DNA from: Eledone cirrhosa
Taxonomy: Eukaryota
NCBI GenBank assembly: GCA_964016885.1
Contig: OZ024756.1
Location: 27,466,001-27,530,000 of the forward strand
Reading direction: 5' to 3'
DNA: 64,000 bases
In this document: positions 1 to 14,539 of the stretch, piece after piece
Layout of the letters: each line of letters opens with the position of its first letter
Position numbering within the stretch: position 1 is the stretch's first letter
Notes under the pieces: generated by a model
Database searches by the model: none
The model's input: only the letters and a program-made list of their open reading frames with translations
What the model was told of the DNA's origin: nothing
Translations under genes and position numbers: made by a program

Positions 1-289
1 CTCGACAGTGTCAATAAGAGAAGCAATTAACACAATGAAAGGATTTAAGTGGTCGAAGCAGGTTAAAACAATGTCCGCAATTTAACAATAGATGTCAGCC
101 ATTAGAAACAAACCTGAACACCATTGCAATTATCGCTTGGTCAGCCTTGTTCAGCGTGTCCTGTTACTATTTCACATATTCATACGCTTCAAACGTATGT
201 ATTACTTCTCACTCATGGACACACATATACAGATATGTATATATACATATATACATATGTACATACACACGTCCACACATACACGCATG

Positions 290-357
<68 letters not shown>

Positions 358-483
358 TATCATGGTGCTGTGATTTCATGTATTTAATAATATATATATG
401 TGTGTGTGTATGTGAGTTTATTTATATATCTATATATATGTGGGGGGGGGGGGTATGTATATATATATATATTTATTTATCTA

Positions 484-545
<62 letters not shown>

Positions 546-588
546 CATATATAGGTATGACTATATATATATACATATATAGGTATGA

Positions 589-657
<69 letters not shown>

Positions 658-1173
658 AATATATATATTTCTATATATACACACACACACACGAGGTCGA
701 TAAAATAGAGTACCAGTAATACACTGGAGTAATTGCTGGCCTTGTGCCGAAAGTAGCGAAAGTAGAACCAATTATATATAAATTAACGATTTTATTTATT
801 ATATATTATTTACAATTTGCGTGTAGGTGGGTCTCTCTGGAAATAGGGGTTGGGGCGCTAAGGGTATTACATAGCCATGAGTGGGATGGTGGCCCCTAAA
901 GTTTGAGAACATCTGATATAATGTAAGAGTAACCCACTAGGGGGGGTGGGTTTAATCGACTTAACCCCCGAAATATTGTTGGCCTTGTGCCTAAATCAGA
1001 AATTTATTTTTTGGCGGGGGGGTCTTGAAGACAAGTAGGAAGAAGGGTGTAAAATAGGGGTAAATTAAAGGTATTGTTAAGTCTGTTACCCAAGAAAGGA
1101 ACCCGCCATCCTACTGTCTACCAAATTTCAGTGTTTGTCGATTCAAGTCTTACGTAGAAGATACTTATATTAA

Positions 1174-2034
1174 CCCTTTAGCATTTTCATTACTCTATAT
1201 TTACTATTATATTTTCTCAGTAAATACTTTATTTCACATAACATTTTCATTACTCTATATTTACTATTATATTTTCTCAGTAAATACTTTATTTCACATA
1301 ACATTTTCATTACTCTATATTTACTATTATATTTTCTCAGTAAATACTTTATTTCACATAACATTTTCATTACTCTATATTTACTATTATATTTTCTCAG
1401 TAAATACTTTATTTCACATAACATTTTCATTACTCTATATTTACTATTATATTTTCTCGGTAAATACTTTATTTCACATAACATTTACATTACTCTATAT
1501 TTACTATTATATTTTCTCAGTAAATACTTTATTTCACATAACATTTACATTACTCTATATTTACTATTATATTTTCTCAGTAAATACTTTATTTCACATA
1601 ACATTTTCATTACTCTATATTTACTATTATATTTTCTCAGTAAATACTTTATTTCACATAACATTTTCATTACTCTATATTTACTATTATATTTACATTA
1701 CTCTATATATACTATTATGTTTTCACGGTAAACACTTTATCTCACATAATTATCTCACATAACATTTACATTACTCTATATTTACTATTGTATTGTCACA
1801 GTAAATACTTTATCTCACATAATTATCTCACATAACATTTACATTACTCTATATTTACTATTGTATTTTCACGGTAAATACTTTACCTCAGACAATATCG
1901 AATCTACTAGATTTTGATATTATTTATTTTGAGAATAATACCTTAACATAAGTATGAGCAGCCGGTTACAGCTGGTTTGACAGAAAGAGGTGAGAGAATT
2001 CTGACCCGATATGGCCGGTTTAAATGCTAAAGGG
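1174..2034. mobile_element. piggyBac-type MITE expanded by an internal 60-bp tandem array
   Basis: TTAA|CCCTTTAGCATTT...AAATGCTAAAGGG|TTAA terminal inverted repeats with TTAA target site. About 8.5 near-identical 60-bp units at 1181-1695. Confidence 0.85.
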
Positions 2035-2084
2035 TTAAGTGTCGCCCTTGAAACTAAGGAGTTTCGAAGCAAAACTCTTATAAA

Positions 2085-2880
2085 TACATACCTGTGCCCT
2101 AATTAACACATACCTGCACTCGTAACACACACCTGAACTCTTATTAATACATACCTGAACTCTTATTAACACATACCTGTACTCTTGTTAATATATACAT
2201 GATGTCTTAGAAACACATACCTGTACCTTTATTAACACATACCTACACCCTTATTTACACATACCTGCACTCTTAACACATACTGCACTCTTAACACACA
2301 CTGCACTCTTAACACACACTGCACTCTTAACACATACCTGCACTCTTAACACATACTGCACTCTTAACACATACTGCACTCTTAACACATACCTGCACTC
2401 TAATTAACGCATACCTACACTCTTATTAACACATACCTGCATTCTTATTAACACACACCTGCATTAAAATTAACACATACCTACATCCTAATTAACACAT
2501 ACCTGTATTCTAATTAACACATACCTGTATTCTAATTAACACATACCTGCATTAAAATTAACACATACCTACATCCTAATTAACATATACCTGTATTCTA
2601 ATTAACACATACCTGTATTCTAATTAACACATACCTGCATTCTAATTAACACATACCTGTATTCTAATTAACACATACCTGCATTCTAATTAACACATAC
2701 CTGTATTCTAATTAACACATACCTGCATTCTAATTAACACATACCTGTATTCTAATTAACACATACCTGCATTCTAATTAACACATACCTGTACTCTTAT
2801 TAACACATATCTATACCTTTATTAACACATACGTGCACCCTTATTAAAACACACCTGCACTCTTATTAACATATACCTAT
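2085..2880. repeat. Minisatellite with 19-25 bp units (attaacacatacctgYaYtct)
   Basis: Direct tandem repetition visible in sequence. Confidence 0.9.
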
Positions 2881-3324
2881 AACATACAGTTACATATATC
2901 TGTGCAGTCTTACTAACATACAACTACGTATATACCTGCTCTCACACTCACAGAAACACACTTACACACATACACACATACACACATACACACGCACACA
3001 AACAAACAAACAACTCGATATACTCACTCCAATACTATATATCCTTTTTCGTTGTTTTGGTATTGCATGGCTGGGTTTCGCCTGCCGCAATTTTCAATTT
3101 GTCAAGCTATCTAAACGTAATGTTTTAACTTTGCCTTTCATCCTTACGGGGTCGATAAAATAAAGTACCAGTAATGTACTGGGTTATTGCTGGCCTTGTG
3201 CCAAAAGTAGAAACAGTTATTACTCTAAGGACCTACCCTTATTGAGTGCTTTGTTACTTATTCCTAATTGTAGGTCGATTTTGCTTGGCCGCAGCCAAAG
3301 CTTAGATTTTACTAAGCTTCCACT

Positions 3325-3404
<80 letters not shown>

Positions 3405-3421
3405 TGTTTGTGTAACACGCA

Positions 3422-3477
<56 letters not shown>

Positions 3478-3659
3478 TGCGTGTTACACAAACGTGTATA
3501 TGTATTTAGATATAATGCATATTACATACACTTATATATATATATAAATATATATGGTGCATATTACATAAACGTGTATTTGTATTTATGTATAATGCAT
3601 ATTATATACACTTATATATATATATATATATCTACTATATATATATATATATATATATA

Positions 3660-3719
<60 letters not shown>

Positions 3720-3729
3720 TATATATAAT

Positions 3730-4145
3730 ATAATATAAGATCAAAAGATGGTTAAAGGAGTTCAATATATTTTATTATGCGCATTTCAAAAACAAACATC
3801 ATCAAACAATAATATTTGTGTTTTCATCAGATAAAACAGGAGAACATGATATGAAGGCTAAAAAAACACTTGTTGATAGTGCAGTTTTAAATCAACATAT
3901 CAACTGCACTATCAACAAGTGTTTTTTTAGCCTTCATATCATGTTCTCCTGTTTTATCTGATGAAAACACAAATATTATTGTTTGATGATGTTTGTTTTT
4001 GAAATGCGCATAATAGAATATATTGAACTCCTTTAACCATCTTTTGATCTTATATTATGCATACTCCAGTCCCACAAACTGTAGAGTGCTTCTTATCCGA
4101 TATCTGCATTGCTTTATTGTACTACAATAAAACTCACCTCCTACA
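3730..4145. mobile_element. Hammerhead-bearing element (family A) with about 157-bp inverted duplication; Penelope-like pLTR/retrozyme-type
   Basis: Arms 3730-3886 and 3902-4058 are near-perfect reverse complements, flanked by (TA)n. A non-hairpin copy lies at about 17978-18240. Confidence 0.75.
3952..4018 (+). ncRNA. Minimal type I hammerhead ribozyme motif (mirror copy 3770-3836, minus strand)
   Basis: ttttat-CTGATGA-aaacacaaatattat...atgatgtttgttttt-GAAA-tgcgca-TA-atagaa: full core, stem II, palindromic stem III and stem I. Confidence 0.8.
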
Positions 4146-4152
4146 TATATAC

Positions 4153-4188
<36 letters not shown>

Positions 4189-4197
4189 AATATATAC

Positions 4198-4287
<90 letters not shown>

Positions 4288-4289
4288 TG

Positions 4290-4325
<36 letters not shown>

Positions 4326-4682
4326 TGTATGTATGTATGTATGTATGTATGTATATATATATGTATATATATATATAAGTACATATCTAAATAAGTGTTG
4401 GAGCAATTCAAGAGACTGAAAAGTCTCATAAAACATAGATTGAAATGTCTAGTGATGTTTCACGGTTGAATGATTTCCGGTTCCTCCAGTTAGTTTTTGT
4501 ATGAAGAGTTAATGGACCGTAACGGAACTGAGTACAAGCTTATGAAGAGTATTGAAGATTGTTTGAAGTGAAAATTAAGAGGAATAAAATCGAAAGTGAT
4601 AAACGAGGACTGAGCAGCAAATCGTGCAACATGGAGGAAGCAGAGTTATGATGGTAGAAAGAAACAAAATAAAGAATAAATA

Positions 4683-5410
4683 ATTGTTTCTACTTTCGGC
4701 ACAAGGCCAGCAAATTATCCAGTGTGTGTATTACTGGTACTTTATTTTATCGACCCCGTAAGGATGAAAGGCAAAGTTAACCGCGGCGGGATTTGAACTC
4801 AGATCATAAAGGGACGTAACTCTATGCTTCAAAGCATGGTGTCCGAATATAAATAATTGTTTCTACTTAAGGCACAAGGCCAGTAAATTTCCCAGTGTAT
4901 TACTGGTACTTTATTTTATCGACCCCGTAAGGATGAAAGGCAAAGTTAACCGCGGCGGGATTTGAACTCAGATCATAAAGGGACGTAACTCTATGCTTCA
5001 AAGCATGGTGTCCGAATATAAATAATTGTTTCTGCTTAAGGCACAAGGCCAGTAAATTACCCAGTGCATTACTGGTACTTTATTTTATCGACCTCGTAAG
5101 GATGAAAGGCAAACTCAACCTCGAAATAATGATTTCTTATATAGGCACAAGGTCAGCAATTTGGGGGGGGGGGGGGGGGAAGTCGATTAAATAGACACCA
5201 GTGTATTACTGGTACTTTATTTTATCGATCCCGTAATGATGAAAGGCAAAGTTAACCTCGGCGGGATTTCAACTCAGATCATAAAGGGCCGTAACTCTAT
5301 GCTGAAAAGCATAGCGGCCGACCCTCTACCAATACTGCCAATCCACAAATAATGGTTTCTTATATAGGCACAAGGCCAGCAATTCTTATATAGGCACAAG
5401 GCCAGCAATC
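4683..5410 (-). mobile_element. Cluster of tRNA-derived SINE (family 1) copies in tandem
   Basis: Repeated rc of gagttcaaatcccgcc (box B)-gcctttcatccttacggggtcgataaaataaagtaccag-gctggccttgtgcc-aaagtagaaacaatta. Confidence 0.88.
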
Positions 5411-5532
5411 CACAAACAATAAATCCAACGCGTGTGCAAAGTTGCTTTATCAAATATTGAATATTACAATTAAAAAGAATTAAAAATTAAAAATTAAGTG
5501 TTGAAGAAGGTCTGTTCATATTTCTTATTGGA

Positions 5533-5622
<90 letters not shown>

Positions 5623-6100
5623 AAATATAGAGAAAAATACTGCAGGTAGCACATGGATAACATGTAATAAAATGAGTCCCTCATCAGTGATTTGCCGACG
5701 ATCATAGATATTTCATTGCATTAAAAATCATATACCTCACGTCGGTGCAATAATAACCAAATTAAGTTATTAGGACAATTGAAACGCGTAAAGCGAGTGA
5801 GACAGGAGAACAACACAGAGTATAGCTAACCGTAGGGGAAAGAAACAAGCTTCAAAAATTATTCTGTTTAGCATAAGCTAGGTGAATATATGAGCGCATT
5901 TAGAACAGACCCGACACGAACGATGGCTATGTGAGAAGAGAGAAAAATAGCCCTCGTTGTGTAATATAGATATATATATATTCGTTATATAAGGATGCAA
6001 TTCACTTCTAGCACTCAACGCCATATTCCCAATGATAGGGGTGACGGAGTATATATATACATTGAGACAAAGATACATGCTTAGGGTATCAAGGGAAGAA

Positions 6101-6167
<67 letters not shown>

Positions 6168-7672
6168 TCCTTCGTCTTCGCCCGCTCATTCCTGAGAAGA
6201 TAGTGGGGGTGTTGAGTCCGCAAGCACTCCCTCTGGCGGGTCTTATCAGAAGCAACCGTCTGCAACTGATCCGGCTGGATTCCCAAGCGAGACGAGCTGA
6301 GCGCGTGGATGTTATCCAACTATCTTGCTCGGGATAGGTCTACCCCTGGGTTTCCTGCTGGCTAGTTTTGCCAGTAAAATCTACCCAGTGATTCTTTCCT
6401 CAGACATTCTAACCACATGCCCGCAATAATATCAGAGCTGTGATCTCTCAATTCGGAGAAGTAGTGGCTCTACCTGGAGCGACTCTCTGATCTCCGAGCT
6501 ACAGAACTGTCCAGCGATTCTTTCCTCAGACATTCTAACCACATGCCCGCAATAATATCAGAGCTGTGATCTCTCAATTCGGAGAAGTAGTGGCTCTACC
6601 TGGAGCGACTCTCTGATCTCCGAGCTACAGAACTGTCCAGCGATTCTTTCCTCAGACATTCTAACCACATGCCCGCAATAATATCAGAGCTGTGATCTCT
6701 CAATTCGGAGAAGTAGTGGCTCTACCTGGAGCGACTCTCTGATCTCCGAGCTACAGATCTGTCCAGCGATTCTTTCCTCAGACATTCTAACCACATGCCC
6801 GCAATAATATCAGAGCTGTGATCTCTCAATTCGGAGAAGTAGTGGCTCTACCTGGAGCGACTCTCTGATCTCCAAGCTACAGATCTGTCCAGCGATTCTT
6901 TCCTCAGACATTCTAACCACATGCCCGCAATAATATCAGAGCTGTGATCTCTCAATTCGGAGAAGTAGTGGCTCTACCTGGAGCGACTCTCTGATCTCCG
7001 AGCTACAGAACTGTCCAGCGATTCTTTCCTCAGACATTCTAACCACATGCCCGCAATAATATCAGAGCTGTGATCTCTCAATTCGGAGAAGTAGTAGCTC
7101 TACCTGGAGCGACTCTCTGATCTCCGAGCTACAGATCTGTCCAGCGATTCTTTCCTCAGACATTCTAATCACATGCCCGCAATAATATCAGAGCTGTGAT
7201 CTCTCAATTCGGAGAAGTAGCGGCTCTACCTGGAGCGACTCTCTGATCTCCGAGCTACAGATCTGTCCAGCGATTCTTTCCTGAGACATTCTAACCACAT
7301 GCCCGCAATAATATCAGAGCTGTGATCTCTCAATTCGGAGAAGTAGTGGCTCTACCTGGAGCGACTCTCTGATCTCCGAGCTACAGATCTGTCCAGCGAT
7401 TCTTTCCTCAGACATTCTAACCACATGCCCGCAATAATATCAGAGCTGTGATCTCTCAATTCGGAGAAGTAGCGGCTCTACCTGGAGCGACTCTCTGATC
7501 TCCGAGCTACAGATCTGTCCAGCGATTCTTTCCTGAGACATTCTAACCACATGCCCGCAATAATATCAGAGCTGTGATCTCTCAATTCGGAGAAGTAGCG
7601 GCTCTACCTGGAGCGACTCTCTGATCTCCGAGCTACAGATCTGTCCAGCGATTCTTTCCTCAGACATTCTAA
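6101..7672 (-). mobile_element. RTE-clade LINE 3' end with (AAT)n tail and a 126-bp x10 tandem amplification of an ORF segment
   Basis: Minus-strand translation contains LLLRIERSQL..GHVVRM and KPRGRP motifs. Units recur every 126 bp from 6390 to 7650. Related copies at about 27315-27540, 49245-49670 and 50870-50930. Confidence 0.85.
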
Positions 7673-7817
7673 TATATATATATATGTCAAGGAAAGGAAC
7701 GGGGTAAAGGACTCGCGTTTATCCCTGTAATTTAATGAGCTCAAAGGAAAAAATTCCTGGGCAATTCATATATATATATATAATACTATATATATATATA
7801 TATAATATATATATATA

Positions 7818-7869
<52 letters not shown>

Positions 7870-7873
7870 ATAC

Positions 7874-7904
<31 letters not shown>

Positions 7905-7921
7905 TAGATAGAGAGAAAGAA

Positions 7922-7958
<37 letters not shown>

Positions 7959-8216
7959 GAAGGAAATGTGGTAAGGAACCAGGTGGACCATAACGCACCA
8001 ATGTACTCAATACTTAGGGTAGTAGAGTGGGTAATAGGAACGAGTAGGACGAAACGGCTTGAGCTCAGCCGTCGGGGTCCTACTCGTTCCTATATATATA
8101 TATACTATATATATATATACTATATATATATATATATACTATCCAGACAGCCTCCAAAAGTAATGGTTGTATTTTAAAGGGTACGTCAAACCTATTTGTA
8201 AAACTGTTATATATTG

Positions 8217-8281
8217 TATTTTGTCTGATGAAGGCATACCATAATTTAATGTGGTATCCCTGAAATATGTATAATGAAATA
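8217..8281 (+). ncRNA. Hammerhead motif, family B
   Basis: tattttgt CTGATGA aggcataccat...gtggtatccct GAAA tatgta TA atgaaata, inside a (TA)n-flanked element related to 43632-44034. Confidence 0.72.
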
Positions 8282-8320
8282 AATATGGTTTTATAAATAT
8301 AGTTTCCATTTATTAATATC

Positions 8321-8373
<53 letters not shown>

Positions 8374-8435
8374 AGTTGTAGTGCACCTGAACACTGTACA
8401 CAATAATTTCATCATTATTAGTATATACGTATACA

Positions 8436-8483
<48 letters not shown>

Positions 8484-8492
8484 CATATATAT

Positions 8493-8561
<69 letters not shown>

Positions 8562-8650
8562 CATATATATATACACACACACACACATGTCTATATCTAT
8601 CTATCTATATATATACATACATACATACATATACATATATATATATATAT

Positions 8651-8772
<122 letters not shown>

Positions 8773-9298
8773 AGAGAGACACAGGCACACAGGTTCCCCA
8801 TGCACAGCAAGAGACATAAAATATAGTTCACCCGTCAATATATCTAAAACGATAATAAAAACATATCGATATCGACAACACTAAAATTAAACAACAAAAA
8901 GACATCGCGACCGGAACAACCAAACAAATCGATAATCAATAAGAACAAAAACGCACAAAATATACATAAACTATTAGGGGTGTGACTGAGTGGTTAGAGA
9001 ACTAGATTCGCAATCGTAAGATTGTGAGTTCGTTTCCCGGACTGGGTGATGCGTTATGCCCTTGAGAAGACACTTTATTTCACGTTGCTACTTTTACTTG
9101 GAGTTGCGACCGATAGATAGTATTAGCAATTGGAAACACCGAAGGAAACATTGTTTCCTCGGTACGATTTGACGAAATTCGATCGACTGTCGATATATAT
9201 ATATATATATATATATATTTATTATTTATTAAAATAACAGATTAAAGTTTAAGCAAAGAATCGCTGCTTTCACCCTTAACGGGATCTTCTGAAACTCT

Positions 9299-9351
9299 GA
9301 GTTTCAGAAGATCCCGTTAAGGGTGAAAGCAGCGATTCTTTGCTTAAACTT
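9299..9351 (+). ncRNA. Variant-core hammerhead-like motif (CAGAAGA) in the 9222-9373 hairpin; second copy about 23833-23886
   Basis: gagttt CAGAAGA tccc-gttaa-gggt GAAA gca...tgc TT aaactt. All three stems form, but the core has U4A. Confidence 0.5.
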
Positions 9352-9451
9352 TAATCTGTTATTTTAATAAATATTTGCTCTACGGTTCTTATATATTTGA
9401 TATATATTCATCCTTATCGAGCCCTCTTTGGATTTTAGTCTTTATTATTAT

Positions 9452-9495
<44 letters not shown>

Positions 9496-9735
9496 TAATA
9501 AAAGGAATTCCAACTTTGTCTGATTTACTCGTTTTATTTACAATCCTTTAAAATGTATAATGATATTAGAATGAAATAGTATGGTAGAATATTAAATATT
9601 AAGTGTTAATTGAACAAGTACTTTCATGCTTTCGAAATCTTCAAGTTCATATTCTGTGGTGACAGTCAAGTTTGCAATTTTCAACTGTCCAACACAGTTG
9701 AAAATTGCAAACTTGACTGTCACCACAGAATATGA

Positions 9736-9775
<40 letters not shown>

Positions 9776-9833
9776 TATATAAATGGAATAGAATGAAACG
9801 AAATTTCATATATATATATATATACGAAATTTC

Positions 9834-10001
<168 letters not shown>

Positions 10002-10890
10002 GTGTGTGTGTGTGTTTGTTTTGCAAGGTTTTTTATATGAAATCGCGTGTTGAAAAAAATATTGTTATATTTGGGGAGGGTCATATTGTTATAATATTGC
10101 CAGAAATAATAATAAAACACACTCACTGTTTGGGTTGGTTTTCGCTTCTGTATATTTTAAATCCCTATAGTTAATTTAGCTGGCAATCAATATTTATCAT
10201 TGATTGCCCAACGGTTAAAAATATAGATATAAATATATATAATTAATACAATAACAGAGATAGTTTAAAGCTAAACTCTGACTGGTAACCATCTCACTCA
10301 ACAAACATTAGGTTATATTAAAATATAAACCCAATTTAAGTGTTTGGGGTGCTAACAATATGTATAATGTGGAAAAACCAGTTGTATTATTTTATGAGAT
10401 ATAATTAAAGTTATAGTCTATCAATGTTCTTTCATCACACACCTGTGACATCATCAGTGATAATATTATGTTTCCTCCCGTCGTATTGTAATGTCTACTC
10501 CATTTTTTCAGTTGTATTTAGGTTTTTTCATCTACATGATATATATATTTTGCTGGGGTCGACGACTAGGTTTCTTTCTTCCTACTAATCCCATTGTTGT
10601 TGTTGTTGTTGTTGTTGTCATGCTGTGCTTCTGTTGTTGCTGTTGTTGCTGTTGTATGAAAGTCACAAATTATGAAACCTGATTGTTATTTATTTGATGC
10701 CCCCCCTCCCACCACCACCACCACCAGAAATATAGATATATATAGATATATATATGTATGTGTGTGTGTGTGTGAATATCTGTTGGTGTATGTTTGCGTA
10801 CATGTGTGTTTTTGTGTGCATGCGTGTGTATGTATGTGTGTTTATGTGTGTGTGTAGATGTGGTTGTATGTATGTGTGCGTGTGTGTACA

Positions 10891-10970
<80 letters not shown>

Positions 10971-10995
10971 CATACATACATACACACACACACAA

Positions 10996-11030
<35 letters not shown>

Positions 11031-11084
11031 CTTACACATACACACACGCACACACAGACACACACATATATATATATATATAAA

Positions 11085-11160
<76 letters not shown>

Positions 11161-11161
11161 C

Positions 11162-11206
<45 letters not shown>

Positions 11207-11702
11207 CATACATACATACATACATACACACACACAAACACACACAAACACACACATATATATATATATACTTACACATACACACACGCACACACAGACA
11301 CACACATACATACATACATACATACATACATACATACATACATACATACATACATACATACATACATACATACATACATACATACATACATACATACAGT
11401 GCTGATTAATGGCTCTGTCTGACATGGTATTTACTGGCGCCCGTCAATATTTTAATACATTTATCACATTAGTGATATAACACATTTCTATATTATAATT
11501 GCTATGGTGTATAGTTGTATATGTATCTGTTGAACAGTTGTGTTGTCTAATATAGTTTTTAATAGAAACATCCTTTTACATTCAGTGACCTCTGGGACAC
11601 GAGATAATTATTTCTAATTTAGGCACAAGGCCAGAAATTTGGGGCTAGGATGAAGAGAGAAGGCGATTAAATCAACCCCCAGTACATCACTGGTGCTATA
11701 TT

Positions 11703-12497
11703 CAGACTTGTCAACTCTCCCCCGGTCCGACGGGGAGATCTCCCACTCACTTTGATGTGGGTGAGAGGTGCCTTCTCTTCTGAAAATGGGTAGAGCTTTC
11801 ATTATGTAAAATCTCCCCCATTTTGCCTCATTTCTCCCCGTTTTGGGGCACTTTTTTTTTCATGGTACTCCTCGTTTGGGTTTTTAGAGGTTGACAGATC
11901 TGAGATAAGGATTTCTAATTTAGGCACAAGGCCAGCAATTTGGAGGCATGAGGACGGTGGAAGTCGTCGATTAAATCGACTCCTAGTGCATTACGGGAGC
12001 TATATTTATCGACCCCGTAAGGATGAAAGGCAAAGCTAACTTCAGTGGGATTTGAACTCGGAACGTAAAGGGCAGTAACTAAATGCCACAAATCATCTAC
12101 TTTAGACACAAGATCAGTAATTTTGGAAAGGGGAAAATCAATTGAATCGACTTTCCCCTTCCCTTCTTCATTCCTACCAACCTCTAAAAAACCCAAACAG
12201 TGAGTACCATGAAAAAAAAGTACCTCAAAACGGGGAGAAATGAGGCAAAATGGGGAGATTTTACATAATTGTTTCTACTTTAGGCACAAGGCCAACAATT
12301 ACCCAATACATTACTGGTACTTTATTTTATCGGCCCCGTAAGGATGAAAGGCAAAGTTAACCTCGGCGGGATTTGAACTCAGAATGGCAAGGGCCATAAT
12401 GAAAGCTAAACCCATTTTCACAAGAGAAGACATCACTCACCCACATCAAAGTTGATGGAAGATCTCCCCGTCGGACAGGGAGAGTTAACAGGTCTCC
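11703..12497. mobile_element. Two inverted copies of an about 200-bp MITE-like element (11703-11902, about 12170-12497), nested with SINEs
   Basis: Termini cagacttgtcaac...gttgacagatctg. The second copy is interrupted by a SINE flanked by cataat. Confidence 0.7.
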
Positions 12498-12818
12498 AAA
12501 CTGAACATGTTCTTGTGCCTAAATGTAGAAACTCTAAGTAAACTTGCAAGAGTGAAGAATGAATTGGAATAAATAGAATAGAAAACCAATAGTGGAGAGG
12601 GTTTTGCTGAAGACAGCTTTGTTGCTGTATCGCTCTATAAGGATTATAGAACAACAATACTATCGAATCGAAATCAGATATAAAATATACTATCGCATGA
12701 ATTCAATATGTGTTGGATCGATATGAATAGATTTCTCTTCCTAATCAAATAATACATTTATCATCAATTGACTATTGTTCGAAACAATCATTATAGTCAT
12801 ATATTACGTACATGCATT

Positions 12819-12869
<51 letters not shown>

Positions 12870-12909
12870 ATATACATATATATACATATACATATATATA
12901 TACATATAC

Positions 12910-13025
<116 letters not shown>

Positions 13026-13368
13026 GTATACATATATATATATATATGTATGTATGTGTATGTGTGTGAGTAAGTGTGTGTGTATGAGTGTGTGTGTGTA
13101 TGTGTGTTTACGTAGGTGAACGCATACATCTATTAATGCGTAAGAACTATCTGAATAGCTCCATTTGTGTGTGTTTGTGTGGAACTGTGTGCAGTGATTT
13201 GTGTATATGTGTGTATAATATGTACATCATCTATGCATATGTGTGCATGTATAAATACATATTCATATATATGTATATATGTATATATATATATATGTGT
13301 GTATGTGTGTGGATATATATATATATATATGTGTGTGTGTGGATATATATATATGTGTGTGTGTATAG

Positions 13369-13481
<113 letters not shown>

Positions 13482-13595
13482 GTTAAAATCACACGCAAAT
13501 GTATGAAAGCTTAAAGGGGGGAAGGGAGAATGGCATGAAAAAAAATGGGGTGTGGTGGGCATGTACATTGGAGGTCGGGGTCCTGACCCTTCTCC

Positions 13596-13634
<39 letters not shown>

Positions 13635-13764
13635 TCGGAAGAGATTGTTTTGGTAAAAACAGGAGTAAACAGGAGAAAGCTGTCAACAGTCGTAGTTTTT
13701 AGTTACGATGGAGAATTTTATAAAAATAACAAAATAAGATGCTGAGGTTACATATATCGTTTAA

Positions 13765-13852
13765 TCATAATACTTATTTCCACGGTTCTCCATGTAGTCG
13801 AGATGTCCTTCATGCATTTGCTGTTGATTGTGAGAACGGTGTCCTCAGATGA
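13765..13852 (-). ncRNA. Hammerhead motif with extended stem II, within inverted repeat 13736-14031
   Basis: Reverse complement reads tcat CTGAGGA caccgttctc...gagaaccgtg GAAA taagta TT atga. The mirror arm (+, about 13917-14003) has CCGAGGA. Confidence 0.68.
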
Positions 13853-14029
13853 AAAATCGATATACTTGATATGTCGCTGGCAGGACACACAGACATTAGG
13901 ACGTGTGTTTTACTGCCATCCGAGGACACCGTTCTCACAATCAACAACAAATGCATGAAGGACATCTCAGCTGCATGGAGAACCGTGGAAATAAGTATTA
14001 TGATTAAACGATATATGTAACCTCAGCAT

Positions 14030-14096
<67 letters not shown>

Positions 14097-14273
14097 CGAA
14101 GGAAATGTGGTAAGGAACCAGGTGGACCATAACGCACCAAAGTACTCAATACTTGAGGTAGTAGAGTGGGTAATAGGAACCAGTAAGACCCCGACAGCTG
14201 AGCTCAAGCCGTTTCGACGTCCAGAATTAGCCGTCGAAACGGCTTGAGCTCAGCTGTCGGGGTCTTACTGGTT

Positions 14274-14309
<36 letters not shown>

Positions 14310-14405
14310 AACCAGTAAGACCCCGACAGCTGAGCTCAAGCCGTTTCGACGTCCAGAATTAGCCGTCGAAACGGCTTGAGCTCAGCTGTCGGGGTCTTAC
14401 TGGTT

Positions 14406-14410
<5 letters not shown>
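14097..14410. mobile_element. (TA)n-embedded foldback family C (other copies 7957-8091, 17755-17927, 19694-19866)
   Basis: Shared head ggtaaggaaccaggtggaccataacgcacca followed by palindrome ...cgacggctgagctcaagccgtttcgac...gtcgaaacggcttgagctcagccgtcg.... Confidence 0.8.
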
Positions 14411-14482
<72 letters not shown>

Positions 14483-14539
14483 CTCTATTTTTTAAATATA
14501 TATATTCGTCCTCTCAATTTAATAATTTCATTCATTAAA

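Noticed and set aside
5690-5800. GAAACGCGTA hammerhead 3' half and a nearby opposite-strand CTGATGA
   Set aside because: The halves are on different strands and no complete fold could be built.
8976-9050. tRNA-like sequences here and at SINE heads
   Set aside because: A/B boxes run directly into SINE bodies and no complete cloverleaf is evident.
13736-14031. Possibility that all palindromes are long-read foldback artefacts
   Set aside because: Several have diverged arms and unique loops, are short, and recur in specific repeat families. This cannot be fully excluded for the near-perfect ones without reads.
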